Below, piece after piece: positions 21,561 through 31,054 of a stretch of DNA of 64,000 bases. The position numbers and the translations under genes were made by a program. Within the stretch, counting starts at the first letter, position 1; the number at the start of each line of letters is the position of its first letter. Location: the NCBI GenBank assembly GCA_964503085.1, contig CAZCYQ010000002.1, positions 469 to 64,468 on the forward strand, written 5' to 3'. The notes under the pieces are model-generated. The model ran no database searches. It was not told the DNA's origin and worked only from the letters and a program-made list of their open reading frames with translations. The stretch is from an uncultured Rhodothermaceae bacterium (GTDB taxonomy: Bacteria; Bacteroidota; Rhodothermia; Rhodothermales; Bin80).

Positions 21561-21593
21561 GGTAAAAACACTCTGCTTTTATGCGGGATCTCC

Positions 21594-24500
21594 TCACATC
21601 AGACGACTCACGCCGATGGTGAATGACTCCTCACCAATGCTGAACCGTTCTACACGCTCTCCTGTGGGAGAATTCGCGGGCTTCAACGAAACCGCCAGTG
21701 TTTCGTTTCTTACATGCTCAGCATATCGCTCTATCGCCCTAGACAGAATGTCTGTTGCATTGTACTCAATATGAATTCGGTCTGTAACATTAAATTCAGC
21801 GGCCTTTCTGAGGTTCTGGAGCCTGTTGATAGTCTCACGCGCCAACCCCTCAAACACCAGCTCCTCAGTAAGCACGGTATCCATCGCAACCGTATATCCC
21901 CCCTCCTGACCCACTAGCCAACCTTTGATTCCCTCGGTCACGATCTCGATATCCCCCGACTCTAAGTCCAGTTGGAATCCATCTCCGGTGATCGTTAATA
22001 ATTCGCCCGCAGCATATTTCTCGATCTCCTTCGCCTCCAAAGCTGAAATTGCTTTTTTTACTTTAGGCATATGACGTCCAGCTCTGCGGCCCAACTGGCG
22101 AAAGTTCGGACGCGCCTTGCGCCGCACAATGTTACTGGAGGCATCAACATATTCTATGGTTCTTGCATTCACCTCGTCCAGAATTATTGGGGCAACCGGA
22201 GCAACCATATCTTCCGCACATTTGTTGTCCACGACCACCAATACACGACCTATCGGTTGACGAATATTCAGCTTTGCCTGGTTGCGCAGTCCCAGCACAA
22301 TTGACGAAATGACCTGAGCCAGCTTCATCCGCATCTCCAATGAAGCATCTACCAGGGTCTCATCCTTTTCAGGAAATATTGCTAGATGAACCGACTCAGC
22401 TGCCTCTTCGGTATTTATGATAAGCCGCTGATACAGCCATTCACTGTAATGCGGAGCAATCGGAGCCATGAGACGTGCGAGCGTCTCAAGGCAGGTATGC
22501 ACCGTATGATATGCCGCCCATTTGTCGACATCTGATTCGGAAGCGGATTTAGCTTTAGCACTCCAGAATCTTCTTCTAGACCTGCGGATATACCAATTGG
22601 ACAGATCCACTAAAAAGTCCTCAACCGCGCGCGCTGCCCTCGTGGGATGATAATCTGCCAGCGCTCTGTCCACAAATCCGGCTATAGACTGTAGCCGGCT
22701 CAATATCCACCGGTCCAATTCCGGACGTTCAGCTATCGGAGGAGCTGCTTCTGAACTCGTAAAACCATCAATATTGGCGTAAGTGGCAAAAAAACTGTAG
22801 ACATTGGTCAGAGTGCCGAACAGTTTCCGCTCCACCTCCTTAACCCCGGAGAGACTGAACTTGAGATCCTCCCAAGGCGGTGAATTACTCATCATGTACC
22901 ATCTTACCCGGTCCGCCCCGTACTCTTTTATCACTTCAAAAGGATTCAATGCATTGCCTCGGGTCTTGGCCATCTTCTCACCATTGGCATCCAACAGTAA
23001 TCCATTGACAACACAATTGCGGAATGAAACATTATCCATAACCAGGGCAGCTATCGCATGCAGTGTATAGAACCAGCCTCGCGTCTGGTCTACCCCCTCA
23101 GCAATAAAATCCGCCGGAAAACTTCTCTCAAACGCCGTTTTGTTTTCGAACGGGTAATGCCACTGGGCGAATGGCATGGCCCCTGAATCAAACCATACAT
23201 CAATCGTCTCCGGCACCCGACGCATCGTCCCCCCGTCCGAACCGATCCATGTAAGCTCATCTACAAACGGTCGATGCAGATCAATATCCTCATCTTTGGC
23301 CGGTAATTGATCCCCACACCGTTCACGTAACTCCTCAATAGAACCGATCACCTCGATGATTTCTGGATCACGGTCAGATACCCAAACAGGAAGCGGAGTA
23401 CCCCAAAATCGCTGACGGCTGAGTGCCCAGTCTACATTGTTGGACAACCACTCTCCGAACCGCCCCTGTCCAATTGACCTGGGTTGCCAGCCAATGGTCT
23501 CATTTAGTTCCACCAACCGGTCACGAATTGCCGTTGTGCGGATGAACCAACTTTCCACTGGGTAACTCATAAGCGGAGTGCCCTTGCGCCAATCATGTGG
23601 ATAGTTATGCACATAACTGTCGTGACGGTGCAGGAGCCCGCGCCGTCGCAGATCCCGGATGATTTGTATATCGGCCTCCTTGAACCAACGCCCCCCTACG
23701 AGAGGTATTTCTGGAAGAAACTGTCCCCGTAGATCAATTGGATTCAATACTGGAAATCCATGAAGTTTTCCGACTGCGTAGTCGTCTGCACCAAAAGCAG
23801 GAGCTATATGTACGATTCCCGTGCCATCTTCCGTTGACACAAAATCGGCCACTACTACCCGCCATGCATCATGGCCTTGGTCTTTGAAGAAACTGAAGAG
23901 CGGCTCGTATCGCTCCCCCACAAGATCATCCCCGCTCAACGTGCCGGTTATCTCATAATCTTCACGCAGCATCTCCAGTCGAGCCCGAGCCAGAATCAAC
24001 TCTGATTCGGGAAGGGAGGTGCAACGAACCGATACATACTCAATGTCCGACCCCACTGCCAAAGCTGTATTAGAAATGAGCGTCCAGGGGGTTGTTGTCC
24101 AGGCAAGCAAATACGTATCCGGCCGATCAAGTGATCTGAATCGGACGGTCACGCTGGGATCTTGAACCTCTTTGTAGCCCAGGCTCACCTCATGTGAACT
24201 CAAAATCGTGCCAGATCCCGGACTGTACCAATGAATCTTATGTCCCTTGTATAGGAGCCCCTTCTCGTAAATTTTCTTGATCAACCACCATTCGGTTTCA
24301 ATATACTTTGTCTCGAACGTCACGTAGGGATTATCCAGGTCAACCCAATAACCCATTTGACGCGTCAATTCGTCCCACTCCTCTTTATAGATCAGCACAC
24401 TCTCACGGCACTTCTGATTGAACTTTGCCAATCCATAGCGCAGAATATCTTCGCGCCCATCAAGATTTAGCGCTTTCTCAACTTCAATTTCAACAGGTAA

Positions 24501-24791
24501 TCCATGCGTGTCCCAACCCGCCTTACGCTCGACGAGGCATCCTTTCATTGTATGGTACCTGCAGAACACATCCTTGATGGTCCGGGCCATCACATGATGT
24601 ATGCCCGGGTGTCCATTTGCAGTGGGCGGTCCTTCATAAAACGTATATGTCGGTGCTCCCGTGCGCGCCTGGATACTTTTCTCGAAGATACGCGCAGACT
24701 CCCACCAATCACGGATCTGCTGCTCAATAAGCTGGGCGTCGATACGCCGAATTTCCCCAAAACGCTGCATGCCCTTAGAGCTTGAAAGCAA
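21594..24791 (-). CDS. ileS: isoleucine--tRNA ligase
   Basis: HIGH region PPTANGHPGIHHVMARTIKD, KMSKS-type loop KMAKTRGN, and 1065 aa. The start could alternatively be the Met at 24770 (MQRFGE). Confidence 0.95.
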   Translation of the reverse strand: MLSSSKGMQRFGEIRRIDAQLIEQQIRDWWESARIFEKSIQARTGAPTYTFYEGPPTANGHPGIHHVMARTIKDVFCRYHTMKGCLVERKAGWDTHGLPVEIEVEKALNLDGREDILRYGLAKFNQKCRESVLIYKEEWDELTRQMGYWVDLDNPYVTFETKYIETEWWLIKKIYEKGLLYKGHKIHWYSPGSGTILSSHEVSLGYKEVQDPSVTVRFRSLDRPDTYLLAWTTTPWTLISNTALAVGSDIEYVSVRCTSLPESELILARARLEMLREDYEITGTLSGDDLVGERYEPLFSFFKDQGHDAWRVVVADFVSTEDGTGIVHIAPAFGADDYAVGKLHGFPVLNPIDLRGQFLPEIPLVGGRWFKEADIQIIRDLRRRGLLHRHDSYVHNYPHDWRKGTPLMSYPVESWFIRTTAIRDRLVELNETIGWQPRSIGQGRFGEWLSNNVDWALSRQRFWGTPLPVWVSDRDPEIIEVIGSIEELRERCGDQLPAKDEDIDLHRPFVDELTWIGSDGGTMRRVPETIDVWFDSGAMPFAQWHYPFENKTAFERSFPADFIAEGVDQTRGWFYTLHAIAALVMDNVSFRNCVVNGLLLDANGEKMAKTRGNALNPFEVIKEYGADRVRWYMMSNSPPWEDLKFSLSGVKEVERKLFGTLTNVYSFFATYANIDGFTSSEAAPPIAERPELDRWILSRLQSIAGFVDRALADYHPTRAARAVEDFLVDLSNWYIRRSRRRFWSAKAKSASESDVDKWAAYHTVHTCLETLARLMAPIAPHYSEWLYQRLIINTEEAAESVHLAIFPEKDETLVDASLEMRMKLAQVISSIVLGLRNQAKLNIRQPIGRVLVVVDNKCAEDMVAPVAPIILDEVNARTIEYVDASSNIVRRKARPNFRQLGRRAGRHMPKVKKAISALEAKEIEKYAAGELLTITGDGFQLDLESGDIEIVTEGIKGWLVGQEGGYTVAMDTVLTEELVFEGLARETINRLQNLRKAAEFNVTDRIHIEYNATDILSRAIERYAEHVRNETLAVSLKPANSPTGERVERFSIGEESFTIGVSRLM

Positions 24792-25034
24792 GCACGCTGA
24801 ACGAATCTTTGACGTTCTTGTTCGACTGGCGGACTGCGTACTTGTCCTGTTCTGGACAGCCCGTTTGTGAGATGCCTGTCCTAGAAATCACCGCCTCTGG
24901 AGGATTGCGCCAACGATTTACTCTATCTGCACTTGCTTGATTTATTACAGCAAAGGAGCAATCTCGCTACGAACCTCCCACGGAATCTGAGAATGCGAGT
25001 AGTGCATATCTAAGATTGGGTTTGTCCTTTTTAT

Positions 25035-25895
25035 TTATCGTAACTGCTCTTCACCGAAGGACGCAACTATATCCGACATGATTGTTGTGAGCTTTGGCTC
25101 CGCAATACCCGCAGCTTCCAAAACTTCTTCAAGTGTAACAGGCTGAAGCGTATCCGGGAAACATTCATCGGTAATGATACCAATAGCCATCACGCGTAAA
25201 TCCATATGTCTTGCAACAGTCACTTCCGGCGTTGTAGACATTCCTACTACATCCGCACCTATCGCACGCAGAAATCTGTATTCCGCCTTTGTTTCCAGGT
25301 TGGGACCCAATACAGATACATATACCCCCTCATGAAGCTTGATTGCGTGCTCATTTGCAATCTGCTTCGCACGAGCTCGCAACGCTACATCATACGGTTC
25401 ACTCATGTCCGGGAATCGCGGTCCCCATGCATCCACATTTGGTCCAACGAGCGGATTGACTCCTTGTAAATTGATATGATCCGAGAGTAACATCAACTCG
25501 CCTCGGCGATATGCTGGATTCATACCACCACATGCGGTGGTTATAAGCAGGCATTCAATACCTAAGCCAGCCACCACACGGATGGGAAAAGTGACCTCTC
25601 TGGCACTGTACCCTTCATATACATGCATCCGTCCCTGCATACAAACAACTGGAACCCCCTCCAGCGTGCCTATAAGAAGACGACCTTGATGGGACTCGAC
25701 CGTTGAAACCGGAAAATGCGGAAGCGAATCATACGGTATGGTATGCTGAACGTCAATTCTCTCGGCTAATTTGCCCAGACCAGTACCCAGTATCAAGCCA
25801 ATCTTGGGCTTAAAGTCCGTAACTGCATGCACAGCAGCTATCGCGGCATCCACCCGAGCTACCTGTGTTTCAGAATCTGGAATGTTTGTCTCCAT
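25035..25895 (-). CDS. purine nucleoside phosphorylase (PNP-I / PunA type)
   Basis: Motifs GRMHVYEGY, ACGGMNP and DHINLQGVNPLVGPN. Confidence 0.85.
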   Translation of the reverse strand: METNIPDSETQVARVDAAIAAVHAVTDFKPKIGLILGTGLGKLAERIDVQHTIPYDSLPHFPVSTVESHQGRLLIGTLEGVPVVCMQGRMHVYEGYSAREVTFPIRVVAGLGIECLLITTACGGMNPAYRRGELMLLSDHINLQGVNPLVGPNVDAWGPRFPDMSEPYDVALRARAKQIANEHAIKLHEGVYVSVLGPNLETKAEYRFLRAIGADVVGMSTTPEVTVARHMDLRVMAIGIITDECFPDTLQPVTLEEVLEAAGIAEPKLTTIMSDIVASFGEEQLR

Positions 25896-25919
25896 CTAAT
25901 CCATTGAATTATACACCAA

Positions 25920-26585
25920 CTATCGCCGGGGTCCGAACAGCGCAGAACCAATCCGTACATGTGTAGCCCCTTCCTCTATTGCAACTTCATAATCCCCGCT
26001 CATACCCATCGACAGGTGCTGACAGCCTAAATGTACATATCTGGACTGTATACTCCGCAGCAGACGAAATTCGTCGCGTACTTTGCGGACATCCGGGGAA
26101 GCCAAGGTCATCAATCCAGTCAGTCGCAAATATTCGAGATCGTTCAGCTGTGCCACTAATTCATCGACCAACGGCGGGCGCAGACCAAATTTGGAATCCT
26201 CTCCGGACACATTTACCTGGACGAAACAGGGCAGTACACGTGCAGCCTGCTCTGCGTGACGGTTTAGTGCCCTGGCTAGGCGTAAACTGTCCAATGCGTG
26301 AAACTCCCGTGCGTGTGCCACAACCTGACGTGCCTTATTGCGCTGCAGATGCCCAATCATATACCAGTTTACTTTTGGAAAAAGCGGTGCCTTGGCTACT
26401 AGTTCCTGTACCTTATTTTCACCAAAATCCATCAACCCAACCTCCAATGCAGCTTCTACAATTTCCGGGGGCCAAGTTTTGGTAACAGCAATGAGCGTTA
26501 TCTCTCGAACATCACGCCCAGCGCGATGGCAGGCCTTGGTAATGCGTTCTTGAACCTGACTATACCTTTCTGATATCTGGTGCAT
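25920..26585 (-). CDS. yggS: YggS family pyridoxal-phosphate homeostasis protein
   Basis: LIAVTKTWPPE...FGENKVQE...WYMIGHLQRNK...GMSGDYEVAIEEGATHVRIGSALFG is the typical YggS layout, including the PLP lysine. Confidence 0.9.
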   Translation of the reverse strand: MHQISERYSQVQERITKACHRAGRDVREITLIAVTKTWPPEIVEAALEVGLMDFGENKVQELVAKAPLFPKVNWYMIGHLQRNKARQVVAHAREFHALDSLRLARALNRHAEQAARVLPCFVQVNVSGEDSKFGLRPPLVDELVAQLNDLEYLRLTGLMTLASPDVRKVRDEFRLLRSIQSRYVHLGCQHLSMGMSGDYEVAIEEGATHVRIGSALFGPRR

Positions 26586-26606
26586 CGTGCCACGCTAGAC
26601 TGCCAA

Positions 26607-29126
26607 TTAACCTTCTGCACGCAATACAGAGAGCGTTGATTGCTCATAAATGCTCCTGCTGCTTAAGAAACCAACGGTTACGGTCAAGGCAATGACCACT
26701 GCAGTAACCAACAAGGTGGACTGACCTGAAACTCTCAATGGGATATCAAATGCTGTCACAGATAGAATCCATCCGGCTAATAGAGCTAATATCAGGCCAG
26801 TGGCACTAGAAAGCAAGCCCAGTACGGAGTACTCCGTGAGTGCAATGATTATCAGCTGCTTTCTGCTTCCTCCCAAGGTCTTGAGTAGCCCACTCTCTTC
26901 AATTCGTTGTAGACGTCCAATCAAAAGCGCACCTATCAGTACTAAAATGCCAGCAGCAAAACAAAAATAAGCCATAAACTGAATGGCAAAACCAATCCGA
27001 TCAAGCACTTCACGAATAATCCTCACAATGGTCTCCAAACTAAGTGCTGTGATAGTCGGAAAAGAGGCTGCTACGACGACCTGTAACGAGTCAGGTGTAG
27101 TACCCTCCCCTCTGCGACTTGAGATTACGTGTGTTTGGGGTGCTTCTTCCAAAACGTTGGTTGGAAATACAACGAAAAAATTCGACCTCATCTGCTCCCA
27201 GTCCACCTCACGGAAACTTGTAACCCTGGTGGGAACCTGCATTCCCTGGACATCGAATACAAGCGTATCCCCAATTTCTGCCAGTAATTCGTCACGCGCA
27301 AACTCTTCTTCTATTGATATTGGAACGAAAGCTGAATCCTTATGATGTACTCCCGTAAATGTACCGCTGACAAGTTGCTCGGCATCCGTGAGCTGTGCAC
27401 GATATGTGGACCTGTACTCGCGAACTAGCGGCCATGTAATTTCACGGCTGGAGTCCTGCACAATTTCTTCCACGGTCTGATCACCGACAGCATGCAGGCG
27501 CATGTTCACGATCGGAGAACTGTCAACAATTGACCAGCGCTGCTCCTCAATCAACTCGGTGATTTCCGCTAACTGATCGTCCTGGATATCAAAAAATATC
27601 ATATCTGGTCGACCTTCACCGCCTACCAAATCAATCTGACCGGAAATCATGCTCTCGCTAATAAGCAGCACCATGACAATAAATGCACCCAACCCCAATG
27701 CTATCATCACCAATACAGTCTGATTCCCAGGCCGATGTAGGTTGGCCAGTCCCTGACGAAGTGGATAGAATGGTATACGGCTTGTAATACGCCTTGCAAG
27801 CAGCATTAACAGCTTAGCGACCAGCAAAAGTGCACCCAGAGCAATAGTGATCGCTAATGCATAATAGGCGCTGGCGACCCAGCTTCCAGACTGCAGCGCA
27901 GCAGTAACAATCAAACCACCCACTATTGCCACATAAGCAAGTAATCGTACACGCGCCGGAGTAAGCGGCTCAATATTTGAGCGAAGTGCACGAAGGGGTG
28001 AAACACCGCGGACATCCAGAAGAGGTAGGATTGCAAAAATCAATGTCACCGTCAGCCCCACACCGAATCCCATCGCCATGCTAGACCAGGAAATCCGAAA
28101 TGCAATCTCAAACGGCAGGAAGGAACTCAGTGCATACGGAATCAGCACCTGTGATAGCGCTCCGCCAATACATCCGAGTACTCCGGCAATGCACCCGAGT
28201 ATGAACGCCTGGACAAAATAAACAGCAAAAACTCCCCCACTGCCCGCACCCAAGCATTGCAATACTGCAATATTGTTAAAGCAGCGTCGAACATGTGCTC
28301 TGATTGCACCTCCGACCCCAAGCCCTCCAAGTATCAGTGCACCAAACCCTGCCAAACCAAGGAATTCGCTGAAAAAATCCAGCGCTTCTTCCCAGTTTTC
28401 CCGCTGATCCGCCACCGTTTCAATATTGGCTGCAAACCCGGAAGATGAAGTGCGCAAAGAATCACGTATCTCTTCAGGATCCTCGTCCGGGGAAAGCTTT
28501 ACGTATACTTCGTAGTTAGCCATTGCCCCAAATCCAAGCAACAAGGAATCAAGCGTTTCCAGTGGAATATAGATGGAGGGCATGACGATCATACTGATCT
28601 CCGACTCGCCCGGTGAGCCTACGAGTGAACCGGCAATAGCATATTTGTGTCTGCCTACCTGGACGGTGTCTCCTACCGCTACCCCCAGCATGCGCATCAG
28701 CCCCTGATCAACCAGGGCACCCGAACCATTTCGAAATTGGCTTGCTGCCTCTACCGGATCAGTTTTGAGTGATCCATAAAACGGATATTTACCCTCTGCA
28801 GCGTGTATGCCTGATAAACGTGCCTGCCTCTGTGCCGGAAAATAGGCCACGGACAATGTTGAGATTCGCTGTGTCTTTTCAACACCAATCGTATCAATGG
28901 CCGCGCTTGTGGTGTCGGAAAACGGCTGATTGCTTGAGAAGCGCATATCTGCGCCAAGAAGCGCTCGTGCCTGTTCATCTACACTGTGCTGGAGACTATC
29001 TGATGTTGCGGACAAGGCTACCAGTAGCGCAACACCGACCACCATTGAAGACAGGAAAACCAATAGCCGGCGACGACTACCTCGACTTTCCCTCCATGCC
29101 ATGCGCAAAGTCCAAGTACTGATCAT
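26607..29126 (-). CDS. ABC transporter permease, double FtsX-domain (YbbP-like)
   Basis: 839 aa with two MacB/FtsX-like 4-TM modules and large extracytoplasmic loops. There is a 4-nt overlap with the upstream ATPase gene. Confidence 0.85.
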   Translation of the reverse strand: MISTWTLRMAWRESRGSRRRLLVFLSSMVVGVALLVALSATSDSLQHSVDEQARALLGADMRFSSNQPFSDTTSAAIDTIGVEKTQRISTLSVAYFPAQRQARLSGIHAAEGKYPFYGSLKTDPVEAASQFRNGSGALVDQGLMRMLGVAVGDTVQVGRHKYAIAGSLVGSPGESEISMIVMPSIYIPLETLDSLLLGFGAMANYEVYVKLSPDEDPEEIRDSLRTSSSGFAANIETVADQRENWEEALDFFSEFLGLAGFGALILGGLGVGGAIRAHVRRCFNNIAVLQCLGAGSGGVFAVYFVQAFILGCIAGVLGCIGGALSQVLIPYALSSFLPFEIAFRISWSSMAMGFGVGLTVTLIFAILPLLDVRGVSPLRALRSNIEPLTPARVRLLAYVAIVGGLIVTAALQSGSWVASAYYALAITIALGALLLVAKLLMLLARRITSRIPFYPLRQGLANLHRPGNQTVLVMIALGLGAFIVMVLLISESMISGQIDLVGGEGRPDMIFFDIQDDQLAEITELIEEQRWSIVDSSPIVNMRLHAVGDQTVEEIVQDSSREITWPLVREYRSTYRAQLTDAEQLVSGTFTGVHHKDSAFVPISIEEEFARDELLAEIGDTLVFDVQGMQVPTRVTSFREVDWEQMRSNFFVVFPTNVLEEAPQTHVISSRRGEGTTPDSLQVVVAASFPTITALSLETIVRIIREVLDRIGFAIQFMAYFCFAAGILVLIGALLIGRLQRIEESGLLKTLGGSRKQLIIIALTEYSVLGLLSSATGLILALLAGWILSVTAFDIPLRVSGQSTLLVTAVVIALTVTVGFLSSRSIYEQSTLSVLRAEG

Positions 29127-29818
29127 GTCAATACAGGTACTTCAACTTCACCGTTATAGTCCCGAACAATTCTACCTGCCTCAAGCTCCAAGATCCGATG
29201 GCACAAATGCGCCAATCTGAGATCGTGCGTTACAACAACCAGTGCAGTCCCGGCCGTACGATTCAAATCAAGCAGCAGTTCTTCAATCCTGATGCCCGTG
29301 GCAGTATCAAGATTGCCCGTAGGTTCGTCAGCGAAAAGAATCGCTGGACGATTAATGAATGCCCGGGCTAGTCCGACCCGCTGTTGCTCTCCCCCGCTCA
29401 TTTGTACGGGATAGTGATGCTCGCGTCCTTTTAGCCCCACCTCATGGAGTAACTCCAAGGCACGCTTGCGAGCGCCACCTTGACCACAGAGTTCCAGAGG
29501 AACCATAACATTCTGCAGCGCAGTAAGCGTCGGGATCAACCTGAAAGTCTGAAAAACAAATCCGACCGCATTACGTCGGATTTCTGCACACTCATCCTCG
29601 GAACATCGGCTCAAATCTTGCCCTGCAAGCTTCACGGTGCCCGAAGAAGGTGAATCCAGGCCTGCACACAGTCCAAGTAATGTAGTTTTTCCACTGCCGG
29701 ACGGCCCTACTACTGCACACGTATCTCCTGCATCAATTGCAAAGGTAACATCATCTAGGACTGTCAGTAATCGGGACCCACTTTGATACGTCTTGGTAAG
29801 CCCTGTAACTTTGAGCAT
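29123..29818 (-). CDS. ABC transporter ATP-binding protein (YbbA/LolD-like)
   Basis: Walker A GPSGSGKTT, signature MSGGEQQRV and Walker B ILFADEPTGNLD. Confidence 0.9.
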   Translation of the reverse strand: MLKVTGLTKTYQSGSRLLTVLDDVTFAIDAGDTCAVVGPSGSGKTTLLGLCAGLDSPSSGTVKLAGQDLSRCSEDECAEIRRNAVGFVFQTFRLIPTLTALQNVMVPLELCGQGGARKRALELLHEVGLKGREHHYPVQMSGGEQQRVGLARAFINRPAILFADEPTGNLDTATGIRIEELLLDLNRTAGTALVVVTHDLRLAHLCHRILELEAGRIVRDYNGEVEVPVLT

Positions 29819-29827
29819 TACAACCTC

Positions 29828-30496
29828 ATGGTCTTGACAGTCTTTTTTCCAACCCGGCTCCTATACACGGCTTGCCTCCTCTGTGTTCTGTCGTATGTAC
29901 GAGTGGCTGTCGCACAGGATTCAACCAGCCCTGTACGTGTGGTTTTTTTGGGCAACAGCCTGACTTCAGGCTATGGACTGTCCATGAAGGAAGCCTACCC
30001 CGCGCTCCTGCAGACACGCGTAGATTCGCTGCGGTGGCCCGTTATCATGGTTAACGCCGGGGTGAGCGGTGATACGTCCTCAGGAGGTCTCCGACGGCTG
30101 GGCTGGCAGCTGCGTAACCCGCCCGATGTACTGGTTGTGGCCTTGGGTGGAAATGACGGTCTCCGGGGAATATTACCTGCGCTCACAAGAACTAATTTGA
30201 TACAAATCGTCAACCGGACTAGAGTAGCGAACCCCGCAGCCACCATCATTATCGCGGGGATGCAGATGCCCCCGAACCTGGGAGCACAATTCCAGGAAGA
30301 ATTCAGTGCTGTGTTTCCTGCCGTGGTTGAAGAGACCGGCGCCGCTCTGATCCCCTTTCTGCTAGATGGGGTCGGGGGCATTGCTAAACTCAATCAGTCA
30401 GACGGGATTCATCCAACTGCAGCCGGTCAACGAATACTTGCTGATAACGTCTGGGAGGTTTTGGCACCCATCCTGCAGGCACACATCGCGCGCTAG
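29828..30496 (+). CDS. SGNH/GDSL arylesterase-lysophospholipase (TesA-like), secreted
   Basis: SGNH blocks VVFLGNSLTSG, GGNDG and DGIHPT are present. The start is placed at the Met at 29828 to avoid overlap with the divergent ABC gene. The divergent tesA / ybbA-ybbP arrangement mirrors E. coli. Confidence 0.85.
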   Translation: MVLTVFFPTRLLYTACLLCVLSYVRVAVAQDSTSPVRVVFLGNSLTSGYGLSMKEAYPALLQTRVDSLRWPVIMVNAGVSGDTSSGGLRRLGWQLRNPPDVLVVALGGNDGLRGILPALTRTNLIQIVNRTRVANPAATIIIAGMQMPPNLGAQFQEEFSAVFPAVVEETGAALIPFLLDGVGGIAKLNQSDGIHPTAAGQRILADNVWEVLAPILQAHIAR

Positions 30497-30727
30497 CGGT
30501 TTAGTTTCCACATCATCGTCTTTATAGTAGATGTTTCGCACGGTCCCCTGCTTCCGCTATCCAAATGGGGCCTCCTCCTTTTGAGCTATGTTTCTAGGAT
30601 GATGTTTACTTCTGTTCGGGCGTACAATTCCCTGTAATTGCCAAGCGATTCTTCACCACCTACACCACTGCCACAAAGATCTGTTCGCTGAGGTGTGAAA
30701 CTAATTGACGCGGCTAAACAAGCTAAC

Positions 30728-31054
30728 CTACCCGCTACCAGGAACCCAGAGGTGGCGTGAGAGAACCACGCAACCATCTTCATCAAACGTTACCCCTTCC
30801 CTCCGGAGCAGGTGTTCCATAACGTCAATCCCACCAAACTGCTTCGCCCCTGTCAACGCACCATACCGATTTACAACACGGTGACACGGCAAATGCGCCC
30901 CTTTCGCCGCCTTGAGGGCCCACCCAACTGTGCGAGCTGCGCTCCTGCTTCCCAAGTATTCGGCAATATGTCCATAAGTGGTCACCTTTGAAACTGGAAT
31001 GATGGCAACCGTGTCCCAAACCTGCTGAAAAAAATCCACTCGACTTTCAATCAT
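30728..31054 (-). CDS. MGMT-family protein (O6-alkylguanine-DNA alkyltransferase DNA-binding domain only)
   Basis: 108 aa with TTYGHIA...RTVGWALK...LPCHRVVN, i.e. a PCHRV active-site motif that includes the Cys. Its ATG shares one base with the upstream gene's TGA. Confidence 0.8.
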   Translation of the reverse strand: MIESRVDFFQQVWDTVAIIPVSKVTTYGHIAEYLGSRSAARTVGWALKAAKGAHLPCHRVVNRYGALTGAKQFGGIDVMEHLLRREGVTFDEDGCVVLSRHLWVPGSG